The notes under the pieces: model-generated | Told to the model about the DNA's origin: nothing | Seen by the model: only the letters and a program-made list of their open reading frames with translations | Databases searched by the model: none | In this document: in pieces, positions 24,378 to 37,434 of the stretch | How positions within the stretch are numbered: the first letter of the stretch is position 1 | How the letters are laid out: each line of letters begins with the position of its first letter | Translations under genes and position numbers: made by a program | Assembly (NCBI RefSeq): GCF_006345805.1 | Contig: NC_043006.1 | Span: 60,512,001-60,576,000 of the forward strand | From: Octopus sinensis | Lineage: Eukaryota | DNA: 64,000 nt | Reading direction: 5' to 3'

Positions 24378-26315
24378 TAAAAAGAAAAGGAAGAACATTG
24401 AATTCCCAAATGTAGAACCTAAGAAGAAAAGATTTTGAGTGTATATATAAAAAAGGAGCTAGTGTGAATAAAAGAAATTGATTGTTTGAAACTGTACACC
24501 CTACACGGTAAAAAGTGGTAGTACCTAACCATTATGAATAGACGGATTTGCCGTTCGACAGTGGAAGGTCAAAATGTTGAGAGTACGTATAGACTGTATT
24601 GATAGTGGTGTCTGTGCTGATGTTTAATTATAGTGCGATACTGAGTGGACATTATACCGATCCAAACTTTTGAGGACAATAACACTGTACGACTGGGGTT
24701 CGTGCAGTGCCAGATAGAAACTATTCTATCGACAACTTCGAAATATAACAATATCTGTCAGAGCGACAATCGTCGCCAAAAGACAGATACAACAGTGACA
24801 AAATACCGCTTTACAACACATGCATACATGCAGGCATACATAAATGCATACGTACAGTTGGTGATTCCTCTCATATTACAGCGTTAAGTTAAACAAATAT
24901 TTTCCCCTCCCACGCATTCCTTGTACAGTTTTACACATTCTTTTATGTGTATATATCTATTACAATTACGTTTATATATTTGTTGTGCAAGATTTATTGG
25001 CAAAACTGGCAAAATGACCATTCCGAAATACAACAGTATCTATTACAATGTTTTCAGTATAATTACTGGTATGTATTTATCTACACATACCAGTAATGAT
25101 ATTGAAAACATTATAATAGCATTTTCAAGTGAATAACATTACTATAACTACATGATCAAAGTTTACATTTAAATCTTTGGAATTATCACAATAGAATGTG
25201 TGTGTGTGTGTGTGTGTGTTTGTGTGTGTGTATATAAGTATGTATCTGTAAGTATATGAGTAGTAATGTATGTATGTATGTAAGTATGAGTCTAAAGAAT
25301 GAAATATTAGAAATATTTGTATGCTAATCAGAGTGTGTTTATATATGTGTGTGTTGGCCACGAGTCCTTTATAATACAATGAGTTATAAAATGACGGGAA
25401 ACTGAATGTGACCCTGTTGTGCCATCAAAGCGACTCAACTGATGCCATGCCGGTGCAAAGATGCTACTGGGTCATATATATACTTATATAATTATATAAT
25501 ACTTTACGTAATATTTCGATACGGAAAACTCAGTAACAGCTGTTACTGTTGAACGGAAACAATTGTGATATATTAATTATTGGAACGGAAACATTTGTCG
25601 CGAATATATTAATTATTTCTACATGCATATTTATTTGTGTATTTACATTTTTATTGTATACGTAATAAGTATATTATCGTATATGTTTTTACGATGTAAC
25701 ATAATTATTTAACCTCTCTTTTATGTTACGTGGTGTATTTGAAAAGTATTTATCACGTGAATATATAATATTGTTTTGCATGCTATCTTCTTGAAGAAAT
25801 CGTAATTTCTTCGTTTATAAAAGGTAGATTTACGATTTAAAAGTTATGCTTAAAAGTGCAATACATACGGTTATCAACCATTTAGACTTTAGTCATATAC
25901 TTAACTTTACAACCGATTAATATACACACATACTTGCATACATGCAAACATACATACACTTTTTTCACAGGCATATTACGAGGAAAGCGGAATAACTCAC
26001 TCAGTACTTATCATATTGTACATTTAAACAGGATTCCTCTTCTCACGACTCGACTTTGACACTTCGATAAGATTCAGATGAGAACTATATGTGTAAACTG
26101 ATTTTCGTTCATTTTACCCTTTTTCTTTCACTGCATGTACGCCTGTAACTTTTCGAAACACCCACATAACAATTTATTATTTTTACCAGGTTTTTCTGTT
26201 TTTTTTTTCAGTACCATCTCTCTGTTACTGACAAATTTACCAATATTCACTTCATCCATGTTATTCTCCTGGTTGTCATTGTATGTGTGTGTGTGCGCGC
26301 GTGTATGTATATATG

Positions 26316-26365
<50 letters not shown>

Positions 26366-26387
26366 TATATATGTATATATATGTATG

Positions 26388-26446
<59 letters not shown>

Positions 26447-27906
26447 GTATGTACATTCTTTCTCCTTATTTATATCGCGCTCGATAGCTTTATTTCTATG
26501 TTTGTTACAATTCTTTTGTATCGTTTTTATTCTAATTTTTTTTTTTTGCTCTACTTTGATTCATCGATCGCATGCTCGTCATGTTTATAGAACACTCAAG
26601 TATATTATAAGATACATTTTGCTATTACCTGCTATTTTCATGATCAATCTTGACAAATAGAAAAGCGAAGTATATGCATAGGAACAAAAGAAACGGAAAA
26701 CAAAGGAATAAGATATCAATCAAATAAAGAATAAACAATATTTAAAAGAAAATGGTAAAGAATTCATATGCGCCAAATACGGCATAGGAATTCTTTACCA
26801 TTTTCCTAAAAAGAATAACCAAATAATACCAACATCATCAACACTAGTACCGCTTTAATCACCACGACTATTCCTTAAAACGACCAATCATAGAGAATAG
26901 AAAAAGAAACTAAAGTCTTATACTGTTGTAATCTATTTTTCCCGATTCTGTTGTGGCCAGCAGCAAGTTCAGATTAGTTCTGCCTTAACAAATATATTGA
27001 AAGCATTATATCGATTATTTACTTTTTTCCTTCAAGTACTAGACGCATATTCAGAACAGCTCCTAACAACGCTACCAAGCAGCTTTTATCATTATGAACC
27101 ATTGATGTAACTCTGGCATCAGCTAACCTCATCTTTATCTACAATAACATCGCTTCAATTCCATCGAACGTCTCTATTATCACCAACATCATCATCCCTT
27201 ACGGTATCGACAAAACACAGTCAAGTTTTTGTTTTATATGGAGTAGTAAACATGTTTGTTATGTAGGTCTTTGATCCAGAAGCTTTTATTTCTTCCTTTT
27301 TATTTTTTACTGTGATGTTCAATGTTTTCTACTTCCTCCTTACTAAAGGATTTCCGCACAAAATGGCAGAAACTTTCAATTAATAGAAGTCTTTTCTGCA
27401 TGTGATCCCCAAATGTTGTTACTGTTTAGTTCTAATCCGGCATTAAGCATGCATGCTTATAAACAGCGATATTCCAGTCATGACTGACATGTCCTACTTC
27501 AGACAGAAGTGTAACTTGATTTACATTCCACATTTACAATTACATATTAAAGTAGATTTATCTGATTCTTCTAGTAGGTCGATTGATCATTTAAAAGTTT
27601 CTTCGTAGTAGAATGCATAGATGTGGAGAAATGCGTTTTCATGTTATAGCCCTTTCAATTCAACTGTTCAGCTACCAAATTCACGTTCCTTGTTAATCCT
27701 TTATCAAGCTAGTCAATTGAAATCCTCTATGTACCTATATGATTATTCGTTTGATTAAAATCACCTGATAAGATTAGATTTTTTCATGATGTAATCGAAG
27801 TAGGTGAAGTATTCATTAATGCAAAATACTGTTCTAACAACTGCTGAGAATTTTTAAACCCCACTTTGTCGTAAATATACATATACGCATACATACATAC
27901 ATGCAT

Positions 27907-27970
<64 letters not shown>

Positions 27971-28342
27971 GTATACATATATAATTCTGTTAACTGATAA
28001 AATAGTATTTTTTATAACCTTAAATTTTATAGAGATCACCGTGCAAATAACTACGGAAAATAGTCAAATAATAGGGCATATAAGCCCTCGACAGCAAAAC
28101 AGTAGGCCGCACAGAAAGCACATCAAATTTGTTTACAAAAACAACTACGAACTAATATAGTTGTTAAATTTGACAGTAAAGAGCGGGCTGGTTCGCTGGT
28201 GTAACATTCACGTTAACAAAGGGATGAGGATTCGAGTCCCACGCGTAAGGGAAAGCCTATTTTTTTCTATCGAGGGCCTATATGTTCCGTTTATTAAACT
28301 ATTTTCCTTTGTCATTTCCATGGTTGTCGCTATGTGCTTTAA

Positions 28343-28417
<75 letters not shown>

Positions 28418-28419
28418 GT

Positions 28420-28750
28420 GATAAGAAGCTTGCTTCCTAACCATATAGTTCCAGGTTCAGTTCCGCTGCGTGGCAAGTGTCTTCTACTATAGCCAAGGGC
28501 TGACCAAAGCCTTGGGAGTGGATTTCGTTGAGGGAAACTGAAAGAAGCACGTCGTATAAATATGTATATCTATGTGTGTGTGTGTCTTGACAACCAGTGT
28601 TGGTTTGTTTATGTGAACGTTAACTAACGGTTCGGCAAAAGAGTCCGATAGAATAAGTAGTCCGTATAAAATTAAGTCCTAGAGTCAACCTGTTTGGCTA
28701 AAGCATGGCCCAGCATTGCAGCAGTCAAATGACTGAAGCAAGTAAATGAT
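28420..28750 (+). mobile_element. SINE family B (CORE-like), decayed
   Basis: GGTTCAGTTCC B box, GGCAAGTGTCTTCTACTATAGCC, GGAAACTGAAAGAAGC, tail CAGTCAAATGACTGAA. Matches 41933-42340. Confidence 0.8.
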
Positions 28751-28938
28751 AGAAAAATGTATACTCTTTCATTCCTTTACACATTTTGGGTATTTGACTG
28801 TGACCATGCTCAAGCACCGCCTTGAAGAGATTTTAGTTAAACAAATCAACCGCAGGACTTATTTCTTAAACCTAGTACTTATTCTATCGTGTTTTTTGCC
28901 AAACTGCTAAGTTAGGGGGATGTAAAGTCATGTAAAGT

Positions 28939-28939
<1 letters not shown>

Positions 28940-29003
<64 letters not shown>

Positions 29004-29042
29004 TAATAATTATAATAATAATAATAATTATTGTTATTATTA

Positions 29043-29085
<43 letters not shown>

Positions 29086-29102
29086 CACTAATATTATTGT
29101 TG

Positions 29103-29154
<52 letters not shown>

Positions 29155-29168
29155 CATTATTATTATTA
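28940..29168. repeat. (AAT)n followed by (ATT)n trinucleotide tracts
   Basis: Direct reading. Confidence 0.9.
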
Positions 29169-29518
29169 AGAGAAGAAAACGAGGAGGATGAAGTGGAGGA
29201 AAAGTTAATGATGAGAGGACCAGTGCGTGGTTCAATGTTATGTAAAATCAATTTTGATCACTAATTGTTTTGACTACTTACTGTTTTGGTAATAGAAAAT
29301 GCACACTTCACTCCATGGCAAATGCACCATTTCTTATTTGACCATAACGCCGATATGTAATCGAGTCACACAATAGGCACCCCGCCTGTAAACCTAAAAA
29401 TTCTCATGATATTAGTATTATAGAAGTTGCTAACCCTAGCCCCCATATCTGCCTAATTTAGTAGACCTATAATCACAAACATTCCATCTGTGGCTATTTC
29501 CATTTTATGGTGATCTCA

Positions 29519-29790
29519 TATCAAGATAATCAGCAAACGACCTTGCAGGTGGGGCCCAGTTAGAATGTTCTTCGGGTCGAGTAACCCATCCCACTCAAAA
29601 TGCCCCTGAATAACGGTTGTTTAAGGATGTTGAACGAAACACCCATGTTTCCTCAGGTGAATTACTCAAACCCCAAAGAATCCCAAGGCTATGATGCTGC
29701 TCCACTACTTCTGCTCGTGATCAGAGATGCACATATCGTGAGTCACTAACGAACATGGTCAAATGGTTAAGATCAAACAACTGACAAGCA
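29519..29790. mobile_element. Probable interspersed repeat fragment (unclassified)
   Basis: GC-richer block that I recall as a common octopus repeat. No second copy in the window. Confidence 0.35.
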
Positions 29791-30799
29791 ATACATCAAT
29801 ACATATTCTTATATATTGTCTCTTTTATTAAACAATGGGTGTATATTTGAAGTAATTCGGGTTTTATCTTTAGCACTGAATAGAGTCTTCTTTTTTGTGT
29901 GTGCAGTTCGCAAGAAAGTGCGACAGGTATTATATTTGTAGAGAAATAGAATGGTGTATCACTATTTCATCGAAATGCATTGGAGTAATAAGAAACCGTT
30001 TCAAATGGGTATTAAACCTGTTGTTATCTTAGCTTACTTGCAGTCTACTTCTTACTCCTCTGTGCTTACCAGACTGTAAAATATATAATCGCACTGCAGC
30101 TTACTTTTCACTTTCAAAATCTATATAAACGGAATATATATTTAGTATAAGGAATATACTATCGAGAAGTTGCAGGTTAGTATAGAAAAATACAATCACT
30201 TTCGTATGCATTTGCTTTCAATCAAATCTGTTAAAGTAGTTGGTATTAACTTGACAAAGTAGCTTATGTTACTTTCCTTATACAGATTAAATATTTTAAA
30301 GGAAAATGGTGCCATGTAGCATGCTAGTTGCATCGAATCTATACAATATATCATCATCTAATCACATGCCGTGCTAACGTAATGCTAACGAAAACTATTA
30401 TTTATTGGATGTGACTATTACATTTAGAAATGATATCACAAATAGTTTTGTATGCGATGCTGGAATTATCTAAGGGATTCATTAAAAACTACTAATATTA
30501 TATAAGAAATATTATTTTCATAATCACAATATGATATAAGTATCGTGTTACAGAATCTGGAGAAAGTCGTTTTTTTTGTCATACCGCAGATAAACACACT
30601 TTCTTGACCTAGGAAATGGATGCACCCTGAAAGCAGATCGACTCTTTCGAAATAAAGATATCTAGGCCTACTGTGATTAAAAGACTCACATTCGATTGTA
30701 GTCCAAAGATCAAAAGAAACTGGAGACGATCATGCATACACACACATGCCCGCGCGCACATTTGCGTGTTCTTTTCTATTTTCAATTATTTTAATTCTT

Positions 30800-31420
30800 C
30801 TTCTGAGAAAGGAGTTGATTTCTTACAAAGATACAAACCAGCATCGTCGGAATGTAGATAACAAAAACAATGTCATATTTTAAAAGCCTTGTATATTGTT
30901 ACTGTTCCATTTACAGATCGTTTAAGTAATGTGCGAGCTAGCTGGTTGATTTATTTTTCTGAAAACCCTAGCTGATCCAAATTGTAACTTAACACTTTCT
31001 CATAATACTAAGAACATCAATTTCTACTGCTATAAATGTGAATTTATAATCTGGATATAGAAGCTGAAGGTTTCTGAGCTGTTGTCCATGGTTTTCCTCT
31101 TTCATTCTAATTTTCAAAGAAATATCCACATCACCAAACAGCTGACCTCTGTTAAGCGACATACTTTTTTGTTCTCTGTCCCAAACAAGTATATACAGCC
31201 TGTGATGCTTACACTTGACAGATATTTTGATGCGAATGTTCCATTACTATCCGTTGTGTAGATGTTGTATGTATTCAATAACAGGAAGATTGTATTTATT
31301 CCAGGAGTATCTGTTTTCGAGTGGCATTGTATATTGTTTTTGCGACAACTTTGTGTTGCATAGGGAAGTAGTTTCTTGACGTTCTTGAGCGACCGCTAAT
31401 GAACACGTATGGTGTCTTCC
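30800..31420 (-). mobile_element. Second decayed 3' copy of the R4/Dong-like LINE
   Basis: Aligns with 6420-7260 (AAAGATACAAA..AACAAAAACAATGTCA..TTTTGCGACAAC). Confidence 0.8.
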
Positions 31421-32789
31421 ACAGAAATATGCCGTGTATGTTATTAGAGATAATCAGTCATGGACACGAACGAGCATTCATATATATACATGTCTGTGTG
31501 TGTATGTGTATGTGTGTATGTGTGTGTGTGTGCGTCCGTGTGTGTGTGTCAAGTTGTGTGTTCATGAATGCTTATTTGCATTTAACAACGCATCTCCCTA
31601 TCGTACAAAACCAGTACATTTTATTGTCAAAATAATTTAACCAGTCGATAAATAAGAATTGTTGAAATATATACTTAGCTACAGACAAATATAAGCAACT
31701 GAAGACGGTGTTCTGGTTCGACCACAGTCGAATGAAACCAGTAACATGAGACGATGCTTAGTTATCATATCAACGCCCTCTCACAAGTATTCTCAGTCTT
31801 TTCCGAGGTAGGAATTGCTATATAATAACAGTTGATACAAATGTTTGTTGATTAGTTGGTTGACAGATTTCTTCAGTTACTCAGAAACAGAGTGGGCGAG
31901 ATAGTGCGAAAGAGAGGCGGAGAGATAGTTAACATTAGAAGAATAGGATGAGTGCACATACCAGGCTTGGTAGCAAGCAATGAGTGAAATAAAGTTACGT
32001 TTTTAATTTAAATATTTTCTTTAAAAGATTTACTTTTCATCAATTTCTTTGTTTTTATAAAAATGATGAGATGATATCACCATTGATGGGTAAAGTCATA
32101 CTTCTAAACTTACCTGTCATACGATGGATAATACTCTAGTAATTATATATTCTGATAATAATCATTCAACTAATTTATATTTACTTTAGAGTAATATATC
32201 TGATTGTGGATTTGGTATTATTGGTAACTATGAAGAACAGATCTACTGAAAGCTGTTTATCAACATATTTCTTATTCACAAATTTTGGTAGCAAATGACG
32301 TGATATTAACCAGTTGAGAATGAAAGTAGGATTGTGAATTTGTGTAACCGTTAAAATTGTACCAGTAATGTTGCATGTATACAAATTTATAGCTGATATA
32401 ATGGAATTTATTTTCCAATGCATCCATAGGAAATCAACTGGTTGTCATGTGGTTTTGGCAGAAAGACAAAGACACGCACACATATATAACTATATGTATG
32501 TGCTCCATTTCTTCCCTCATTAAATATATAAAACTTCAATTATCCGCACTAAGGCACGGTTGCGATACCCCATGGTCGTAACCTCAACCGTGATTTTACT
32601 GTTGTGATTTTTGCTACCCAGGTATCGGTTATAATTTGAATAATCCGTAACAAGATAATTCATTTATCCATTTCAATAAATATATATATATATATATGTT
32701 GTGTCTGGGGAGAGTCATTTTCTTTTTGTGCCTTACAATGTAACACACTCACCGGTAAAAACTTCCACTTATTTCATATTTTTATTCTC

Positions 32790-32826
32790 CTAAAATTTTC
32801 GTTGCGTCTTGCAACCTTTTCAATAG
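32790..32826 (-). ncRNA. Minimal hammerhead-like motif with U3-A8 core variant
   Basis: CTA-TTGAAAA-G-GTTGC AAGAC GCAAC-GAAA-ATT-T-TAG. Confidence 0.5.
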
Positions 32827-32827
32827 T

Positions 32828-32976
32828 CTTGTTTCCTTTGGAAACAATTCAAACTTTGTACGATTCCATACCTCGCGGGATTCAAGTAGTAATTACTGCC
32901 AAAGGCTGCCCTACACCATGTTAAAACAAATTTGTTTGAAATTTTAAGGTGTTTCCATTATTTTGTCCAACCCCTG
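32828..32976 (+). mobile_element. Tc1-like transposon 3' end with TIR
   Basis: LETIQTLYDSIPRGIQVVITAKGCPTPC*, then GGTGTTTCCATTATTTTGTCCAACCCCTG|TA. Confidence 0.8.
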
Positions 32977-33755
32977 TATATACAAGGGACTTCCACACAG
33001 GTTCCATCTAACAAATACTTTCACAACATAATGATTGCCCCGGGGGTGTAGTAGGATACATGCTGCATATTGTGTCTGAACCCCGAACAGTGTGTTTGCC
33101 AAGCGAACTTTTTAACCATAAAACCATTCTTTTATGAGAAAAAAAAAAAAGGAAAACGGTTGTGTAAAATTCCTGCTTCCTAAAAGAAAGTAACACTCCA
33201 CGTAATTTGATGTCGCTTCGTAATCTTACCAGTATATATTCTAGTATGTTGTCTAGCAGCATTATGAGATGCATTAATATTGATATATTTTAGATAAAGT
33301 ATAGCTTTTTTCAAAATCAGGCTATGTTTTAGATGGGGTAAAAATGAGGCGTTGGAAAATAGAAATGCGTGTATCCCTAACGTGATATTCAGCGACCGTT
33401 TCGGCTTAACATGAACATGACTTGTATTGCTTTGCGCTCTCGTCTGGCACATGTTTGGAAATAATACAATCACATCAGTAAAATGAAATTGTAAAACATC
33501 AGTATTTATCCGTCTATCAGAATATGCAGAATAACAATTGGAGAACTTATCGAAAGGAAAGCACCTGAAGCACACAGACACACACAGACAGACTGACACA
33601 CACACACATATACATACACATATACACACACACACATACATACACGTGTGTGTGTACAAGCAGGATTATATATACGTATTATATTCATTTCTCTCTCTAT
33701 TTCTCGCTATCCCTGTCAGTAGCCAGCTCTCTTTACACACACACACGCACACACA

Positions 33756-33804
<49 letters not shown>

Positions 33805-34388
33805 GCATATATCTGTGTATGTAGGTGTGTGTGTGTGACTGCAAATCACAGGATTTCCTCTGTGATGGGGGATATATGTCTTTCTTGTCTCCTTGTAGAA
33901 CATTGAACATTATCAGAATACCATACATTTATGCCGAGTGCATTTCATTTATTTAATCATGCATCATTCATTGAAGGCAGGATTATTTAGCCTCATCCTG
34001 TCAGGCAAACCTCTTGTTTACAGTCATTGTACGGTATCTCATAAATGCCTTTATCACATATAATCATTTAGCTTGCGCATTTAGTTTACAGTTTCCGTCC
34101 ATAATATTTCATATAACATATTCAAATTCCGATATCATTGTACATTACCAGACTTAGAATAAAAAGGAATTGAATGAATGAGAAAAGCATTGAATGCATT
34201 TTATTTATAACAGACAGAGAAGCTTTTCACCAGAATAATAAATGACTACAGCAGCAAGAACACGACGCATTTTGTCATATGATCAGGGTTCTTCTCACAC
34301 TGTTAATGTGAAGTATATCCATACGTATAAATATACACACACATACATGCATATTTATATATATATATATATATGCGCATACATACAT

Positions 34389-34429
<41 letters not shown>

Positions 34430-34457
34430 ATATATAAAAACATACATACTTACATTC

Positions 34458-34521
<64 letters not shown>

Positions 34522-34601
34522 AATTGCAGCATGGAAGGTGTTTATAAGCCATTTAAGAAACACACAAAAGCCGTTCGATTCACTTCAACATTTAAGTTTA
34601 A

Positions 34602-34652
34602 TTTGTCAAAATATTTTCGTCGCTAAAATCTGCGACCTTGTTCACTGACAAA
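34602..34652 (-). ncRNA. Hammerhead-like motif with G3-C8 core (left arm)
   Basis: TTTGTCA-GTGAACA-AG-GTCGC AGATTTTA GCGAC-GAAA-ATATT-T-TGACAAA. Confidence 0.55.
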
Positions 34653-34680
34653 AATCCGAACACGGACAAGTGTTCGGATT

Positions 34681-34730
34681 TTTGTCAGTGAACAGGTCGC
34701 GGATTTTAGGGACGAAAATATTTTGACAAA
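34681..34730 (+). ncRNA. Hammerhead-like motif with G3-C8 core (right arm)
   Basis: TTTGTCA-GTGAACA-G-GTCGC GGATTTTA GGGAC-GAAA-ATATT-T-TGACAAA. Confidence 0.55.
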
Positions 34731-34999
34731 TTAAACTTAAATGTTGAAGTGAATCGAACGGCTTTTGTGTGTTTCTTAAATGGCTTATAAACACCTTCCA
34801 CGCTGCAATTATTTTCGTTTCAGCACACGATCTCAGATCAAATTACTTGCTATGCGAGTACATCTCCGTAATATATATATATATATATAAATGTATTACT
34901 TTCCAGTAAAGGATAGCTCCATAATAGCGTGGTATTTATATCGATTGCTATTTCCAGTAAATATTGGTGCCTTGTTATACCATTTATCTACTTTATATA

Positions 35000-35165
35000 T
35001 ATACGCCGCTTGGCTGACCGATTCGCGGAACATCTCCGAGACATCCGACTCGCAACGACACTCCGGTCTCGCGCCATTTCCGCTCTACCGGTCACTATTT
35101 GCAACACTTATCCGTGTTCGGATAGTCCTTGCACAGGGGCCATACGGACTCCCCTCGTCACTCCC
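35000..35165 (+). pseudogene. Penelope-like element GIY-YIG endonuclease C-terminal fragment
   Basis: RRLADRFAEHLRDIRL, frameshift, then TPVSRHFRSTGHYLQHLSVFG. Confidence 0.75.
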
Positions 35166-36466
35166 CCCTCACACCTACATCCTCCCTCCCACCCACATCT
35201 CCTATCTTGCTCCGTCTCCTACTTCTTCTTTTCACTCCTACACTCCATTTCTTTTCTCGTCACTTTTATCCATCTTCTCCTTCCTCCCTTCATCTTCCCC
35301 CTCCCTCGTAAGCTCACCCCACCTCTACCCACATCCTCAGCCTAACCCACAACTATCCTTGCTTTCCCCAAACCCGCCTCCCCTCCTCCCAACACCATCA
35401 CACCACACCACGCATCACTACACCTTACAACACCATCGCAACACATCACCACGCACACATCAGCACCGACCACTTCCCAGACCCACATTTTCACACCTAC
35501 ACATACACACACGCACACGTCAAGATCACCAGCCCTCTTCCACACGCACATACAAACTCTCTTATACACACGTGAATTCTCCCCTATATATATATATATA
35601 TATATATTTGCCATCCATCACGCAATACCCCACCCCATATATATATTTATATATATATATAAGTACATAAGTGTAAGATCCAGGGATCGAAGTGTAGGAA
35701 GAAAGTTAGCTTCGACCAAACCGTAGTAAATATAAAGGAACAACATTCAGGTACAATAGTGGTTTATTAAGACGGAAGATTGCGGATTTTTTTTCTTTTC
35801 TCGAAGAACGATGAGCTGAAAAAAAGTTCTTCTTGTACTCATCGGTAAGCAACCAGGGTAGCCGAGTGTGCGAAAAAATACAAGAGTTACGGAAAGAAAT
35901 ATGGGAAATCCGGGCTATATATGTTTCATCGCGAGTGGAACCTCAGAAGTAGTAAAATCCAAGTGAGATGCATACCGCCGGCTACTCTTCAGGTCAAGGA
36001 TATTTTGATTAGATTAAAGACTACATTGTGGCAAGGAGGTACATGTTAATGCAAAGATTCAATCAGAATGTTTGGAAGGCTCAATATGTGAAATGTATAT
36101 AAATGAGGGGAGAAATATGTAATAAAAATGGAAGAAAGAAGAGAAAAATAATACAAAATGAAATATAGGGGAGTAAGAGGAAGTAGGAATTGGACACGTC
36201 CGTGGTAGATAATATAGACGTTTTGGCTTAATCACAGCATTCAATAGTGGGATTGGCAGTTGAAGGGAACTTGGGGACGAGAGAGTGAGGAAATATTTTT
36301 GGTCGTGGGGGAAAAAGAAAGTATGTATGAATAAAGCAAGATAGGGTGGAGAGTTTAAGCACGGCTAGTTGCTTTATTGTCAAAATGCGTAAATTAGTAA
36401 AAGAAAGAAGAAAAAAAACGAGTGAAGTGATTTAAGTGTATATAGGCGTATGTATTTGTACGTTTA

Positions 36467-36856
36467 GTGGAGGCGCAATGGCCCAGTGGTTAGGGCAGCG
36501 GACTCGCGGTCATAGGATTGCGGCTTCGATTCCCAGACCGGGCGTTGTGAGTGTTTATTGAGCGAAAACACCTAAAAAGCTCCACGAGGCTCCGGCAGGG
36601 GATGGTGGTGATGCCTGCTGTACTCTTTCACCACAACTTTCTCTCACTCTTACTTCCTGCTTCTGTTGTACCTGAATTTCAAAGGGCCGGCCTTGTCACT
36701 CTCTGTGTCACACTGAATATCCCCGAGAACTACGTTAAGGGTACACGTGTCTGTGGAGTGCTCAGCCACTTACACGTTAATTTCACGAGCAGGCTGTTAC
36801 GTTGATTCGGATCAACCGGAACCCTCGTCGTCGTAACCGACGGAGTGCTTCCATCC
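36467..36856 (+). mobile_element. tRNA-derived SINE family C, full length, 13-bp TSD
   Basis: TGGCCCAGTGG A box and GCTTCGATTCC B box. TSD ATTTGTACGTTTA at 36454-36466 and 36857-36869. Confidence 0.9.
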
Positions 36857-37099
36857 ATTTGTACGTTTACGGGTGGAAAGGGTAGGAGAGGAGGGGAGTA
36901 TAAATGTAAGGAGAGAAGGATATTTTTGATAGTAAGTAAAAATACGGATAGAAAATTGTAATTGACGATTAAGGAATTAAAATGGGAGAAAAAGTATTGT
37001 TGGTTTATTATGCAGTGGTAGCAAGGGTGGATGAGTGGAAACAAGAATATATGAATGTTATGGAGGACACAAGAGCATGGTGGGGTTGTAATTATTTGT

Positions 37100-37434
37100 A
37101 TTTTGAGAATAGATTTAGTCCCCGATGTTTGCAGATGAATATTACACTGCTGCGTCCATTAAGACAGTCCGTGGATTGTAAAATAACCATGATATCGGCT
37201 TTGTTGGGATCACACTAATTATTATATCCGCTGTAAGGTTAGGCGTGAGTGATTATGGACCATTTGAGAGTGTAAGGAGTTGAGTCAAGCGTTAGTTTAC
37301 TGCTAAGTTGAGATAATGATGTATTGTTAGATTTTGTATGAGATTTTATTTTTGTATGGGTAGCGGAGTAGGAAAATTTTACTACTTCTGAGGTTCCACT
37401 TACTGTGAAACATATGTAGCCCGGATTTCCCATA
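37100..37434 (-). pseudogene. Penelope-like element endonuclease/C-terminal remnant
   Basis: GYICFTVSGTSE..TSLSQLSSKL..PYTLKWSIITHA*PYSG..CLNGRSSVIFICKHR resembles the PLE C-terminal KWSI..APY..C..LN.RSE...C.H pattern. Confidence 0.55.

Larger units (their letters stand above)
34522..34810. repeat. Near-perfect 289-bp palindrome (arms 34522-34663 / 34670-34810, 6-nt spacer)
   Basis: Direct reverse-complement match with a few mismatches. Each arm carries an HHR-like motif. Confidence 0.95.

Noticed and set aside
27000-27800. Possible ancient L2/CR1 RT remnant (minus)
   Set aside because: Heavily degraded, with no intact motif.
31695-31750. CTGAAGA..GAAACCAGTA with a TTCGAC/GTCGAA hairpin
   Set aside because: No stem I, and an alternative long hairpin sequesters the GAAA.
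36470-36545. tRNA gene
   Set aside because: tRNA-like A/B boxes continue directly into a SINE body with a TSD, with no cloverleaf end. The same applies to the other SINE heads.
37385-37425. CTGAGGT..GAAACATATGTA as an HHR
   Set aside because: Core spacing is wrong. Better explained as the antisense of Penelope coding sequence.
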